Source: a bacterium (lineage in GTDB: Bacteria > CG2-30-53-67). Taken from it: a stretch of DNA of 64,000 nt. The translations under genes were made by a program, and so were the position numbers. Shown here piece by piece: positions 47,513 to 58,647 of the stretch; position 1 is the first letter of the stretch; each line of letters begins with the position of its first letter. The stretch lies in the NCBI GenBank assembly GCA_919901565.1, contig CAKKPE010000014.1:37908-101907 (forward strand), written 5' to 3'. Under the pieces are notes generated by a model. That model was not told the origin of the DNA. It saw nothing but the letters and a program-made list of their open reading frames with translations, and did not search any database.

Positions 47513-49597
47513 ATGTTAAGAACAGATCAAAAGAAATTGAGAAACATCGGTATCAGTGCTCACATCGATTCGGGCAAGACCACCCTGACCGAGAGGATTC
47601 TTTTTTATACTAACAGGATTCATGCAATTCACGACGTGAAGGGCAAGGACGGCGTGGGCGCCACCATGGATTTCATGGAACTGGAAAGGGAGCGCGGCAT
47701 TACCATCACCTCTGCTGCGACACACTGCATCTGGAAGGACTCATTCATCAATATCATCGACACCCCCGGACATGTTGACTTCACGATTGAAGTGGAACGT
47801 TCTCTCAGGGTGCTGGATGGCGCCATCCTCGTCCTCTGTGCCGTTGGCGGCGTACAGTCGCAGACATTGACCGTTGACCGCCAGATGCGCCGTTATCATA
47901 TCCCCCGCATCGCCTTTATCAACAAATGCGACCGTTCCGGAGCCAATCCTGAACGGGTGATCCAGCAGCTCAAAGAGAAATTAAATCATACGGCTGTAGC
48001 CGTCCAGATCCCTATCGGCCTTGAATCCGATTTGCAGGGCGTGGTGGACCTTGTGACCATGAAGGCCTGCTATTTTGACGGTCCCAACGGAGAAAATCTC
48101 CGCATCGAGGATATTCCGGCAGACCTCATGGATCAGGCCGCAGCCGAACGCGAGAAGATGCTGGATGCGATCTCCCTCTTCTCTGATAAACTGACCGAAG
48201 CCATCCTGGAGGAAAACGTCACAGAAGAGCTCATCTATGATGCCATCAGGAAAGGAACCCTCTCTCTTGCAATGACCCCTGTCCTGGTTGGTTCTGCCTA
48301 TAAGAACAAGGGGGTTCAAAGCCTGCTCGATGCTGTTATACGTTACCTTCCCAGCCCGGAAGACACGTCCTATACGGTTCTGGACCTTGATCAGGATGAA
48401 AAGGAAGTAGCCCTGACCCAATCACCTGACGCCCCTGCTGTAGCCCTGGCGTTCAAGATAGAAGAAGGCCGATATGGGCAGTTGACCTATATCCGCACAT
48501 ACCAGGGTAAGGTTGAAAAAGGCGACACTTTATACAATACCCGCAGCGGGAAGAAGTTCAAGGTCGGCCGGTTGATCCGCATGCATGCCGACAAAATGGA
48601 GGATATCGAGTTAGCCTACAGTGGCGAGATCGTAGCCCTATTCGGAGTCGACTGTGCATCCGGGGACACCTTTACCGATGGCAGTATGAACTATGCGCTC
48701 TCTTCCATGCATGTCCCCGATCCCGTCATCAGCCTGACCGTCACTGCCAAGGATAATAAATCACAGGAGAACATGTCCAAGGCGATGAACCGTTTCTGCA
48801 AGGAGGACCCCACCTTCAAAAGCCACGTGGACCCTGAAAGCAATGAAACGGTCATCTCCGGAATGGGGGAACTTCACCTTGACGTTTACATTGAACGGAT
48901 GAAGCGCGAATATAATGTTGAGGTAGAAACAGGCATGCCGCAGGTGGCATACAGGGAGACCGTCACGTGCAAGGCTGATTTCAACTACACGCATAAAAAA
49001 CAGACCGGCGGTTCCGGGCAGTATGGCCGTGTAGCCGGATACATAGAACCTTATGACGAGGGAGACTACCATTTCGAAAACGAGATCACCGGAGGGTCTA
49101 TCCCAAGGGAATTCATCCCATCCTGTGACAAGGGTTTTCAGGCGTGCCTGAAACGGGGGAAGCTTATCGGTTTCCCGATCACCCGGGTTCAAGTCGTGAT
49201 CAATGACGGGGCCTCACACGCAGTGGACTCCTCTGACATTGCTTTCCAACAGGCCGCTATCGGTGCGTTCCGGGAAGCCTATGCAAAGGCAAAACCGATC
49301 ATTCTGGAGCCGGTCATGAAGGTTGTGGTAGAGGGCCCTTCCGAATTCCAGGGCTCGATTCTGGCAACACTGAACCAGCGCCGGGGCATTATCTCCGCAG
49401 CAACGGAAAACGGGGCCTTTTCGGTCATTGAATCCGAGGTCCCGCTTGCCGAGATGTTCGGTTATTCCACGGTACTGCGGTCCGCTACACAGGGAAAGGC
49501 CGAATTTACCATGGAATTCGCCAGATATAAACCTGTTCCCCAGAGCATTTCCGAGGAACTGATTAAAAAACTTTCTACTCAGAGAAAAACCGCATAG
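47513..49597 (+). CDS. Elongation factor G family GTPase (probable paralog)
   Basis: [14 protein letters not shown] and NKCD motifs. It is not in a str-operon context (no rpsL/rpsG/tuf nearby). Confidence 0.9.
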   Translation: MLRTDQKKLRNIGISAHIDSGKTTLTERILFYTNRIHAIHDVKGKDGVGATMDFMELERERGITITSAATHCIWKDSFINIIDTPGHVDFTIEVERSLRVLDGAILVLCAVGGVQSQTLTVDRQMRRYHIPRIAFINKCDRSGANPERVIQQLKEKLNHTAVAVQIPIGLESDLQGVVDLVTMKACYFDGPNGENLRIEDIPADLMDQAAAEREKMLDAISLFSDKLTEAILEENVTEELIYDAIRKGTLSLAMTPVLVGSAYKNKGVQSLLDAVIRYLPSPEDTSYTVLDLDQDEKEVALTQSPDAPAVALAFKIEEGRYGQLTYIRTYQGKVEKGDTLYNTRSGKKFKVGRLIRMHADKMEDIELAYSGEIVALFGVDCASGDTFTDGSMNYALSSMHVPDPVISLTVTAKDNKSQENMSKAMNRFCKEDPTFKSHVDPESNETVISGMGELHLDVYIERMKREYNVEVETGMPQVAYRETVTCKADFNYTHKKQTGGSGQYGRVAGYIEPYDEGDYHFENEITGGSIPREFIPSCDKGFQACLKRGKLIGFPITRVQVVINDGASHAVDSSDIAFQQAAIGAFREAYAKAKPIILEPVMKVVVEGPSEFQGSILATLNQRRGIISAATENGAFSVIESEVPLAEMFGYSTVLRSATQGKAEFTMEFARYKPVPQSISEELIKKLSTQRKTA

Positions 49598-49685
49598 ACT
49601 CCCCTGAATTTTTGTGCTATGCTCCATTCCCGGTACCTCTTTCTCCCCTTCACGATCCGTAAAAACCCGGGAAGGAACGCGGAGA

Positions 49686-50396
49686 ATGCTCAAACAGGAG
49701 TTCATCTTGAAAAGTCCAATACGTATCCTGCAGAAAGCCACCCAGGGAGGGCTTGGCAATGGGAATCTTGGTGTCTTCATGGCTCGGCCCGGTGTCGGAA
49801 AGACCGCCTGCCTTGTTCACGTGGCCCTGGATTGCCTGTTCAAAAACCAGAAGGTTGCCCATGTCGGCATTGGAGAGTCCGTGGAGAAGATACAGCTCTG
49901 GTATTCAGAGATCCTGTCAGACCTCTGCAAGACCTTCGACATGAAGGACCCCAGAAAACTGAATGAAGAAATTGAACAGAACCGGCTGATCCTTTCATAT
50001 TCACCGGTCACTTTTACGGTAAAAAAGCTTGCACAGGACCTGAAAGACCTTGCAGAGCAGGGAGGCGTGGCGCCGGAAGTCCTCTTAATAGACGGCTTTG
50101 ATTTTGAAAACCTTCATTCCGGATGGGACACCCTTGCGGCATTCAAATACCTGGCTACAGAACGGCACATGGAAATCTGGTTCTCTGCACAAACCGAAAG
50201 TGGAGCGGACACAAACGGCCATGGAAAAATCCCCGCTCCGTGCCATGACGTGGAAAATCTTTTTTCAGTCATCCTTTTCTTAGAACCTACCGGCGATAAA
50301 GTCCACCTGAAGCTCCTCAAAGACCATGATAACCCTTTAAATCAGGATCTTTCTCTTAAACTCAACCCCAACACACTCCTGTTGATTGATGAATAA
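49686..50396 (+). CDS. RecA-superfamily (KaiC/DnaB-C-terminal-like) P-loop ATPase, function unknown
   Basis: Walker A ARPGVGKT and Walker B-like VLLIDGFDF. ATG at 49686 follows ggaaggaacgcggag. Confidence 0.6.
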   Translation: MLKQEFILKSPIRILQKATQGGLGNGNLGVFMARPGVGKTACLVHVALDCLFKNQKVAHVGIGESVEKIQLWYSEILSDLCKTFDMKDPRKLNEEIEQNRLILSYSPVTFTVKKLAQDLKDLAEQGGVAPEVLLIDGFDFENLHSGWDTLAAFKYLATERHMEIWFSAQTESGADTNGHGKIPAPCHDVENLFSVILFLEPTGDKVHLKLLKDHDNPLNQDLSLKLNPNTLLLIDE

Positions 50397-50406
50397 AGTA
50401 AACAGT

Positions 50407-50775
50407 CTTTTTCGTGTTTAAGTTGAACCACGGAGAAATTGGAAATCAAAGTATTTCTTGCATGCCTTGAGAATCAAAGATCAAAGATAAAAAATCAAAA
50501 TGACAAATCAAAATATAAAAATTGTGCAGCCTGTTTTGGAAAGCCTGCTCTGTATTCAAGACATGAGATGCCAAACGGACAAGACGCCGAAGCATCCGAT
50601 TATGAATGACTCTATAGATTCTCCCCCTCTCCCGCACATCAATAAGCTCGTTTATACCAAGAGAAAATCTCAGAACCCGTCTTCAATGCTCATTTTTGAT
50701 TCTTACTCTGTCATTTTGATCTTTGATTTTTTATCTTTAACTTCTATAGCCATTCAACTTTCTTACGAAAGAACC
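50407..50775. repeat. Family A inverted-repeat element, full copy (A2)
   Basis: It aligns end to end with the reverse complement of 56586-57064. The arms are rich in TCAAAG/TCAAAA words. Confidence 0.8.
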
Positions 50776-50845
50776 AATAAAAAACCTGCTCCAGATCATT
50801 TGCACCCGGAACAGGCTGTTATCACACCATGCTGAACGGCTGTAT

Positions 50846-51325
50846 TTAATCCTCTGCCATTCTTTCTATAATATCCGTAAGCGTCACATGGATGTCGTCA
50901 CTCGGAACAACATCTTTTTCATGAAAGCTGAAATAGACGTTCCTCCATGTGCTGAAATCCTGAATTGCGGCGAAGATTTGTTCCTTGACCATGCTTTGAA
51001 TACAGTTCTGTTCGACCCTCCCCATCTCTACAAAGATTTTCCCAAGGCGTCTGCTTATGGATTCATTCTTTTGTTTTGCAAGAGAAACGGCCACATCCTC
51101 CCGGGTCAGAAATCCTTTTTGGATCAGCAGGTCGCCCAAAGGCGTAGACGATGGCGCATCTGAATCCACGATGTTTCCATTCAGGAACCGGAGGGTTCCC
51201 CTCCCCTTTTCCGCCTCCAAAGTCAGTTCACCTGTCTTTTTTTGCAAGGAGGTGATCAAAAGAATATCTTCCAGCGTATAGCCATCTGCAAAATGAGCCA
51301 TCATACCCTCCCATACGGTTTCCAT
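50846..51325 (-). CDS. DUF4388 (PATAN-like) domain protein
   Basis: LEDILLITSLQKKTGELTL...GTLRFLNGNIV pattern. Confidence 0.5.
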   Translation of the reverse strand: METVWEGMMAHFADGYTLEDILLITSLQKKTGELTLEAEKGRGTLRFLNGNIVDSDAPSSTPLGDLLIQKGFLTREDVAVSLAKQKNESISRRLGKIFVEMGRVEQNCIQSMVKEQIFAAIQDFSTWRNVYFSFHEKDVVPSDDIHVTLTDIIERMAED

Positions 51326-51525
51326 TTTATATGTTTATTATTTCATTGTTCTCCTCGTATGTCAATTTTTTCTTTCAAAACAATGACGAAATTACGTTTT
51401 CAAAAAATGTTTTGAAAATACCACATCTTGTGGCCTCCCAACTTATGCTTCATTTTATTGTATTTTTTTCTTTACACTGAAAACTTTTTATGGTAAAAAT
51501 CCTGAAACCATTTAGGAGATCACCC

Positions 51526-54500
51526 ATGCGATTCAAAAGCGTCGAAATGATTGGATTTAAGTCCTTCCCGGACCGCACCAAGGTGACTTTTCAACCCGGA
51601 ATTACCTCTATTGTCGGGCCTAACGGTTGCGGAAAGAGCAATATTTCCGATGCCATCCGATGTGTACTGGGAGAACAGAGCGCCAAACAGATCCGCGGCG
51701 AACGCATGGAAGACGTGATCTTTAACGGAACCCGATCCCGTGCCCCAATGGGCATGGCAGAAGTCACATTGGTCGTCACCGACCTGGGTGCCGGGATATC
51801 CTCTGATTTTGCAGCCTTTGATGAGATCCAGATCACCCGGCGGTACTACCGTTCGGGTGAAAGCGAATACCTGATCAACAGGATACCCTGCAGACTTGCT
51901 GATATCCGTGAACTCTTTATGGATACCGGTATGGGCGCCAAGGCCTATGCCATTATCGGGCAGGGGAACATCTCCGCTGTTTTGAATGCAAAGCCCAAAG
52001 ACAGGCGGTTCCTCTTTGAGGAGGCTGCCGGAATCTCCAAATACAAGGCCCGAAAAGATGAGGCCCTTCGAAAGCTCGAAAGGACACGTGAGAACCTGTC
52101 CCGTGTGCGGGATATCATCGCAGAGGTAAATCAGCAGAGAAATTCCCTGAACCGTCAGGCCAAAAAAGCAGAACGATACAAGACATACAAAAATGAGATA
52201 CAGGAGATCGATCTCCATCTCTCTTCTCATGATTACGCTGCGATGTTCCAGGAATGGAAGAAACTCGAAGAAGAGTATCTGAACCACAAGAACCGGGAGA
52301 CGGAGCTCCTTGCCATATCTTCTTCAAAAGAAACCCATATCGAGGAACTTGAGCTCGATGTCCTTGACCGGGAAAAACGCATTTCAGAATTGCAGGACAA
52401 AACCCACCTCATTGAATCCGAGATGTCCAGAAATGAAAACCGCATCGAGGTCCTCTCGGCAGAGATCTCACATCTGAACAATCTTACTGAAGGATCCAAC
52501 CGGGAGATCTCCCGGCTGCAGGAGGAGATCAGCAAAAACAAGTCTGGCACCGCTCTACTCGATGAGGAATACGCTTCCATCTCGAGTGAGACCGATGCAA
52601 AGAATCATCAGCTTGCGGAAAAGGAAACGGAATTAACAGATCTGATCTCTTCTCAAGAGCAGGAAGAATTGGGACTGGAAATGGAAAAAGGACGGCGTTC
52701 TGATCTGATGCAGCAGATCGGGATTCAGAAGAGCCGGATCGAAAACCTGGTCCATCAGAAGGATTCCATTTTAAAGGTCTCCAATGGTTATGATGCAAAC
52801 CATATGGAACTGATGGCCCGCCTTTCCCATACACAGGAACAGCTCTCAGAAAAAATGCAGCGGCTGTCTCATCTCAGGAACACCATTGATGATGTCCGGA
52901 CCGAGCATCATTCCGTACAATCGGTACTGGAACAGAAACAAGAGGCGCTCTCCGCGGTTCAGGAACGGGTTTCTCTCCTTCGGGAGCAGATCGGACAGGA
53001 AAGCTCCCGTTTCGCAACACTGGCCGAACTCCAGGAAAACCTGGAAGGATATGATGACGGGATCCGATCCCTGCTGCAATACAAGACGGACAACCCTGAA
53101 TCGGAATCCCTTCCTGAAATTCATATTCTGGTGTCCAAAATCTTTGAGACCGCTCCCAGATTCGAAGTGGCCATAGAATCTGCAATCAACAACCGCTACC
53201 AAAGCCTCGTGGTCAATAATCCTGAAGACTCTATCAAAGCCGTGGCATTCCTGAAGAATAATGATATCGGCAGGGGATCTTTTATTCCTCTTCAACCAAA
53301 GAACCCGAAGATGGATCCTTTTGTCCCCGCAGAAGGAACCGGCGTGGTCGGCGAGGCCCTTAACCTGGTACAATACAACCCTCAATATGCAGGAGTCGCA
53401 GAATATCTCCTGGGGGATGTCGTGGTCATGGAGTCCCTGGAGCAGGCCGTTGCACTCTATCGCTCAAACGGTTTTCATCGTACCCTGGTCACCCTGAACG
53501 GCGAGGTATTGGATACGTCCGGCATGGTGGAAGGCGGCGCGAGGAAAATGAACGCCGGCGGCTTTATACAAAGAAAAAGGGAGATACGCGAACTGAAGAT
53601 ATCGCTGGATGTCCTGAAGGACCAACTCGTTCAGGCGGAAGAGCAGCGGGAATCTCTGTCCCGTGAGATCTCGCAATTCAAGCAACAGCGGAGCGTCATC
53701 GCCTCAAGGCTGCAAACCCTCGAGGCAGAGAGCGTCGGGCTGGAAAAAGAGGCCTCTACCCTGGAAGGGAATGTCGCACATCTCTCCCAGCAGATCGACG
53801 GGCTCTCACACGAGAATCAGAACCGTTCGTCGGATCTTCTCTTGCTTGAAGAAAGCCTGGCTGCATGCCGTCACGAACTCCACCAGTTGGAATCGGATTT
53901 CGAAGAAAAAAACGGATTTGTCGCCATTTGCGCAGGAAGGATCCATGCCCTGAGGGAACGGGTTGAGCAGGGAAGAAGAACCATCACTGAAGAGCGCGTC
54001 CACCTGGCGTCACTCATGGAGAGAAAAACTTCTCTTCTCTCACATATCGATAAAAATCACGACAACTTAACAAATCTGAATGCCTTGATTGATGCCCGCC
54101 TGCGCGAGATCGAAGAGTCAAAGGGCCGTATCCTTCAGGCTGAAGAAGAAAAAGGCCGCACAGAGTCAGCTATCCATTCCCTGATTGAACGAAAGGAAGA
54201 ACTGCACCACAGCATGACTCGGGAGCAGGAGGTCTTTGAATCAAAACGTAAAACCCTCCACGAGGAGCAGAAAGAATTCAAGGACATCCGGAGGGAGATA
54301 GAAAACCTAAACCGTCTGATCAACGATTTGGAAGTCAGACGAACCGAACTCTCCATCAAGATGGAGCATCTGCAGTCGAGAATCCAGGAAAGATATCAGG
54401 TATCGATCCAGGAGGCACTGCCCAGGTTCCAGGACCAGGAGATTGACAAACAGGCTTCGGCGGAACACCTCGCTGAATTGAACCGCAAGATCGAACAGAT

Positions 54501-55119
54501 GGGCCCGGTCAATATCCTGGCCATCGAGGAATACAATGCCCTTCAGGAGCGGTTTGAGTTTCTCACTTCCCAGGAGGCGGATCTCCAGGAATCCGTGGAG
54601 AGCCTCATGGCCGCCATCCGCAAGATCAATCATACATCAAGAGAGCGTTTCCAGGACGCCTTTGACGCCATCAACGAAAAATTCAAGACCGCCTTCATTG
54701 AGCTTTTCAGCGGCGGTCATGCAGAACTGAAACTCGAGCAAGGTGAAGACATCCTTGAAGCCGGTGTGGAAATCATTGTCCAGCCTCCGGGCAAGAAACT
54801 GCAGCATCTCTCCCTGCTTTCCGGAGGAGAGAAGGCCCTCACTGCCGTGGCCCTGATCTTTGCGGGCTTTCTGGTCAAGCCAAGCCCGTTCTGTCTTCTG
54901 GATGAAGTGGATGCCCCTCTTGATGATGCCAATGTGCTTCGTTACAATCAGATGCTGAGCCGAATGTCCATTGAGACCCAGTTTATTGCCATCACCCACA
55001 ATAAGAACTCCATGGAGTTTGCAAGCGCTTTATACGGCATTACCATGCAGGACCCAGGGGTTTCCAAAATGGTCTCTGTCCGTTTCAATGATAACCATGA
55101 AGCCAGGATGAGCGCATAA
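51526..55119 (+). CDS. smc: Chromosome segregation protein SMC
   Basis: N-terminal GPNGCGKSN Walker A, long coiled coils, hinge, and C-terminal LSGGEKALTA signature with LLDEVDAPLD. Confidence 0.95.
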   Translation: MRFKSVEMIGFKSFPDRTKVTFQPGITSIVGPNGCGKSNISDAIRCVLGEQSAKQIRGERMEDVIFNGTRSRAPMGMAEVTLVVTDLGAGISSDFAAFDEIQITRRYYRSGESEYLINRIPCRLADIRELFMDTGMGAKAYAIIGQGNISAVLNAKPKDRRFLFEEAAGISKYKARKDEALRKLERTRENLSRVRDIIAEVNQQRNSLNRQAKKAERYKTYKNEIQEIDLHLSSHDYAAMFQEWKKLEEEYLNHKNRETELLAISSSKETHIEELELDVLDREKRISELQDKTHLIESEMSRNENRIEVLSAEISHLNNLTEGSNREISRLQEEISKNKSGTALLDEEYASISSETDAKNHQLAEKETELTDLISSQEQEELGLEMEKGRRSDLMQQIGIQKSRIENLVHQKDSILKVSNGYDANHMELMARLSHTQEQLSEKMQRLSHLRNTIDDVRTEHHSVQSVLEQKQEALSAVQERVSLLREQIGQESSRFATLAELQENLEGYDDGIRSLLQYKTDNPESESLPEIHILVSKIFETAPRFEVAIESAINNRYQSLVVNNPEDSIKAVAFLKNNDIGRGSFIPLQPKNPKMDPFVPAEGTGVVGEALNLVQYNPQYAGVAEYLLGDVVVMESLEQAVALYRSNGFHRTLVTLNGEVLDTSGMVEGGARKMNAGGFIQRKREIRELKISLDVLKDQLVQAEEQRESLSREISQFKQQRSVIASRLQTLEAESVGLEKEASTLEGNVAHLSQQIDGLSHENQNRSSDLLLLEESLAACRHELHQLESDFEEKNGFVAICAGRIHALRERVEQGRRTITEERVHLASLMERKTSLLSHIDKNHDNLTNLNALIDARLREIEESKGRILQAEEEKGRTESAIHSLIERKEELHHSMTREQEVFESKRKTLHEEQKEFKDIRREIENLNRLINDLEVRRTELSIKMEHLQSRIQERYQVSIQEALPRFQDQEIDKQASAEHLAELNRKIEQMGPVNILAIEEYNALQERFEFLTSQEADLQESVESLMAAIRKINHTSRERFQDAFDAINEKFKTAFIELFSGGHAELKLEQGEDILEAGVEIIVQPPGKKLQHLSLLSGGEKALTAVALIFAGFLVKPSPFCLLDEVDAPLDDANVLRYNQMLSRMSIETQFIAITHNKNSMEFASALYGITMQDPGVSKMVSVRFNDNHEARMSA

Positions 55120-55158
55120 TTGAAGATTCTCTGCAACAACCCGCAGAGAATCTTTGAA

Positions 55159-56583
55159 ATGGAAAAGACTAACATCCAAACCTTTCGGACTTCTTTTGCA
55201 ACCGCAAGCAATGAAATGGACAAAAGTCTCATCCGTCATTTGCAGGAGATCGTGGGGACAGAGAATATTGATGCGTCCGACGAAGGGCGGATCTGTTATG
55301 CCTACGATGCAACCCGGATTCAGCACAAGCCTGAACTGATCCTCTACCCGAGAAACACGGAACAGGTCTCCCGCATCCTGTCGATTTGCAACCAGAACAG
55401 CATTCCGGTCTATCCCAGGGGCGCCGGTTCAGGGTTTGCCGGCGGATCGGTCCCTTTAAAAGGGGGTGTCGCTCTGGTCATGACACGCATGAACAGGATA
55501 CTGGGCATTTATCCTGAAGATCTGATTGCTGAGGTTGAACCGGGCGTAGTCAACGGTCAGTTCCAGAAACAAGTCGAAGAAATCGGACTCTTCTACCCGC
55601 CGGATCCAGGGAGCATGGCGTTCAGTACCCTTGGGGGAAATGTGTCCACCGGTGCAGGTGGGCTTCGTTCCCTGAAGTATGGGGTTACCCGAGATTATGT
55701 CCTGGCACTGGAAGCCGTCCTTGCTGACGGGACGGTCTTCCGGACCGGCGTAAAGACGCTCAAGGGAGTGGTTGGATATGACCTCACACGCCTCCTTGTC
55801 GGGTCCGAGGGGACACTGGCCGTGGTTACAAGAATCACCCTGAAACTCATCCCAAAGCCCGAATCTGTACGGACTGCCCTGGCCATCTATACCGGGCACG
55901 AGGATGCCGGATCCACTGTAGCCGATATCATCGCATCAAAGATCATTCCCAGCACCCTCGAATTCATGGACGGAAACTGCATCCGTGCCGTGGAAGAGGC
56001 CCTCCATCTTGGTCTCCCCATTGATGCCGGAGCATATCTCCTCATCGAGGTAGATGGTCATCCTGAAACAAACCAGCGGGACATCATGAAGATCCGTGAT
56101 ATCTGCATGAATCACCATGCCCGGGATGTCGTGATGGCTGAGGATCAGAGCACCCGCGAACGATTCTGGAAGGCGCGCCGCTCCATCTCGCAGGCCATCA
56201 ACAAGGTCGGTATCACAAAGATTAACGAGGATATTGCCGTTCCCAGAAGCCGGATCCCGGCAATGCTCGATTTTATCCAGGCCCTCTCCGTTGAGAGCCG
56301 TCTTAAAATCCTGACCTTCGGCCATGCCGGTGACGGGAATCTCCACGTCAACATCCTGGCCGACGACGCCGGCCTCGTCCGGGCTCAGGGCGCTGTTGAA
56401 AAAATATTCAGAGAGGTCCTGCGTCTCGAGGGAACTATTTCAGCAGAGCACGGCGTGGGCATCACCAAAGCCCCTTACTTCGGCATGGAGATACATCCCC
56501 CTGCCCTTTCAGTCATGAAGCGTATCAAGGATACACTGGACCCCAGAGGCATTCTCAATCCCGGAAAGATCTTTGGAGTGTAG
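55159..56583 (+). CDS. FAD-binding oxidase, GlcD/D-lactate dehydrogenase family
   Basis: PRGAGSGFAGGSVP FAD-binding motif and C-terminal LDPRGILNPGK. The start codon is uncertain (55159 or 55216). Confidence 0.85.
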   Translation: MEKTNIQTFRTSFATASNEMDKSLIRHLQEIVGTENIDASDEGRICYAYDATRIQHKPELILYPRNTEQVSRILSICNQNSIPVYPRGAGSGFAGGSVPLKGGVALVMTRMNRILGIYPEDLIAEVEPGVVNGQFQKQVEEIGLFYPPDPGSMAFSTLGGNVSTGAGGLRSLKYGVTRDYVLALEAVLADGTVFRTGVKTLKGVVGYDLTRLLVGSEGTLAVVTRITLKLIPKPESVRTALAIYTGHEDAGSTVADIIASKIIPSTLEFMDGNCIRAVEEALHLGLPIDAGAYLLIEVDGHPETNQRDIMKIRDICMNHHARDVVMAEDQSTRERFWKARRSISQAINKVGITKINEDIAVPRSRIPAMLDFIQALSVESRLKILTFGHAGDGNLHVNILADDAGLVRAQGAVEKIFREVLRLEGTISAEHGVGITKAPYFGMEIHPPALSVMKRIKDTLDPRGILNPGKIFGV

Positions 56584-56585
56584 AC

Positions 56586-57064
56586 GGTTCTTTCGTAAGA
56601 AATTTGAACGGCCATAGAAGTTAAAGATAAAACATCAAGAATCAAAGATCAAAATGACAGAATAAAAATCATAAATATTCAAGACGGGTGGGGTAACTCC
56701 CTTGAGTCGTGTCAATCTTGCAGTGTCTTTTGGTATTACCCCCTCATCCTAACCTTCTCCCCTATGGGGAGAAGGAATGTTTGAACTTCCTCTCCCTTGG
56801 GAAGAGGATTGAGGTGAGGGGGGGAAATGGAATATGTCATTTTAGACGTGACACGACACTAATCATTCGTAATCGAATGCTTCTGTGTCTTATTCGTTTG
56901 GGATCTCGTGTCTTGAATCCAAGGCAGTCTTTCTAAGAGATGCTGCGCCATTTTTATATTTGATTTGTCATTTTGATTTTTTATCTTTGATCTTTGATTC
57001 TTAACGGGTGCAAGAAGTACTTTGATTTCCATTTTATGCGTGGTTTAACTTAAACACGAAAGAG
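56586..57064. repeat. Family A element, inverted orientation, with a nested G-rich hairpin insertion (A3)
   Basis: It fills the entire glcD-like/ftsY intergenic space. Relative to A2 it has an extra segment of roughly 110-160 bp containing ccttctcccctatggggagaagg. Confidence 0.8.
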
Positions 57065-57070
57065 AGAAAT

Positions 57071-58204
57071 TTACTGATCAAAAAGAGCGTGCACAAATTC
57101 CTCCGGGTTGAAATCCCGAAGGTCTTCCATCCCTTCTCCGATACCGATCAGCTTGACCGGCAGGCCGAGTTCTCCCACAATGGCCGTGACGATGCCCCCC
57201 TTGGCCGTTCCGTCCAGTTTGGTCAGGACAATCCCTGTAACACCGACGGCCTCATGAAATGTCCTGGCCTGAGAAAGGGCATTCTGTCCCGTGGTTGCAT
57301 CCAGTACAAGGAGGATGTCATGGGGTGCACCGGGAATGACCTTGCCCATGACCCGTTTCATCTTCCGAAGCTCCTCCATGAGATTCGTTTTTGTATGAAG
57401 CCTTCCGGCTGTATCCGCTATTACCACTTGAGCATCTCTGGATTCCGCTGCCTTTAACGCATCAAAGACCACGGCTGATGGGTCCGCTCCGCTCTGATGT
57501 TTCACCACATCCGCTCCGACCCGCTTTCCCCAGATTTCCAATTGTTCTGTGGCGGCAGCCCTGAAGGTATCCCCGGCAGCCAGAAGGACCCGCTCCCCCT
57601 GCTGGATGAACCGCCATGCCAGCTTGGCAATGGTCGTGGTCTTCCCGACCCCGTTTACCCCTATGACCATGATCACATAGGGGCCCTGTTCCGGACGGTT
57701 GAATCCTTGTCCGACCCCTGCCAGTATTTTTGTAATTTCCTCCCGGATCAATCCCTTGATTTTCTCAGCGTCCTGGAGTTCCTTCCTCTTTAGTCCTTCC
57801 CTGATTTTCCGGATGAGCGACAGAGACTGCTGAACCCCGATGTCCGACTCGATCAGGATCTGCTCCAGATCTTCGATGGTCTCCATATCGATCTTCGGCC
57901 GGACTGAGAACAGGCGATCGATCCTTCCCGTCAGACCATCCCTGGACCTGGAGAGTTTTGAACGCAGCCGCTGGAACATAGATGGCTTTAGCGCATTATC
58001 TGCCGGCACAGATTCGTTTTTATCCTGCCCGGTTTCCACTTCTTCAGGTAATCCGGCATCAGAAACTCCGGAAGATTTTTCGACGTCCGCGGCGGCTTTT
58101 TCGGTGGATACCGCATCTTCATCCCGGGATCCATCGAGAGATCTTCCGGTCTCTTCAACAGCCCCATCCGCACTTTTATTTTTTCTTTTCCAGAAAAAGC
58201 CCAT
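57071..58204 (-). CDS. ftsY: Signal recognition particle receptor FtsY
   Basis: [10 protein letters not shown] and DTAGR motifs, with an acidic N-terminal region. Confidence 0.95.
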   Translation of the reverse strand: MGFFWKRKNKSADGAVEETGRSLDGSRDEDAVSTEKAAADVEKSSGVSDAGLPEEVETGQDKNESVPADNALKPSMFQRLRSKLSRSRDGLTGRIDRLFSVRPKIDMETIEDLEQILIESDIGVQQSLSLIRKIREGLKRKELQDAEKIKGLIREEITKILAGVGQGFNRPEQGPYVIMVIGVNGVGKTTTIAKLAWRFIQQGERVLLAAGDTFRAAATEQLEIWGKRVGADVVKHQSGADPSAVVFDALKAAESRDAQVVIADTAGRLHTKTNLMEELRKMKRVMGKVIPGAPHDILLVLDATTGQNALSQARTFHEAVGVTGIVLTKLDGTAKGGIVTAIVGELGLPVKLIGIGEGMEDLRDFNPEEFVHALFDQ

Positions 58205-58209
58205 GCATT

Positions 58210-58647
58210 CTAACCTTTCTCCATAGATGAAATGATCTTTCTTTCCTTCACTCTCATCCGTGCCGCTTCCTTCATGGATATCTCATGATCGTAACCCAGG
58301 AGATGCAAGGCTCCATGAATCAGAAGCCGGGTGATCTCGTTCTCGAAAGAGTCTCCAGCCTCTACGGCCTGCCGCGCAGCAGTCTCCACGGAGATCACGA
58401 TATCTCCCCACATTCCGGGTTGTGGATCGGGTAAATCCCCCTGATTCAGGGCAAAAGAGAGCACATCGGTGGGTCGGTTGATGCAGCGGTATTCCCTGTT
58501 GAGTTTTAGAATCCCATCATCATCAATAAACACAACACTGATTTCACCATCTTTATTCTCGCTTTCGAAGACTTTTTTCAATACTGACGTCACCAGCTTT
58601 TTTGGCACTTTTAGCGATCTCTGCTGCTGGTTGACCCATACCTTCAT
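58210..58647 (-). CDS. ybeY: rRNA maturation endoribonuclease YbeY
   Basis: HGALHLLGYDH zinc-binding motif. Confidence 0.9.
   Translation of the reverse strand: MKVWVNQQQRSLKVPKKLVTSVLKKVFESENKDGEISVVFIDDDGILKLNREYRCINRPTDVLSFALNQGDLPDPQPGMWGDIVISVETAARQAVEAGDSFENEITRLLIHGALHLLGYDHEISMKEAARMRVKERKIISSMEKG

Noticed and set aside
56709-56936. 75 aa ORF inside family A copy A3 (50500-50835 inside A2 is a similar case)
   Set aside because: The ORFs are not conserved between the two homologous element copies, and there is no RBS.
58553-58647. 95 nt overlap between the 7TM-HD gene 3' end and the ybeY start, as a possible frameshift or novel feature
   Set aside because: The YbeY N-terminus looks native from its first Met, and the HD protein tail is low-complexity. 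This is most simply a genuine overlap or a slightly extended ORF. Nothing further can be tested by eye.
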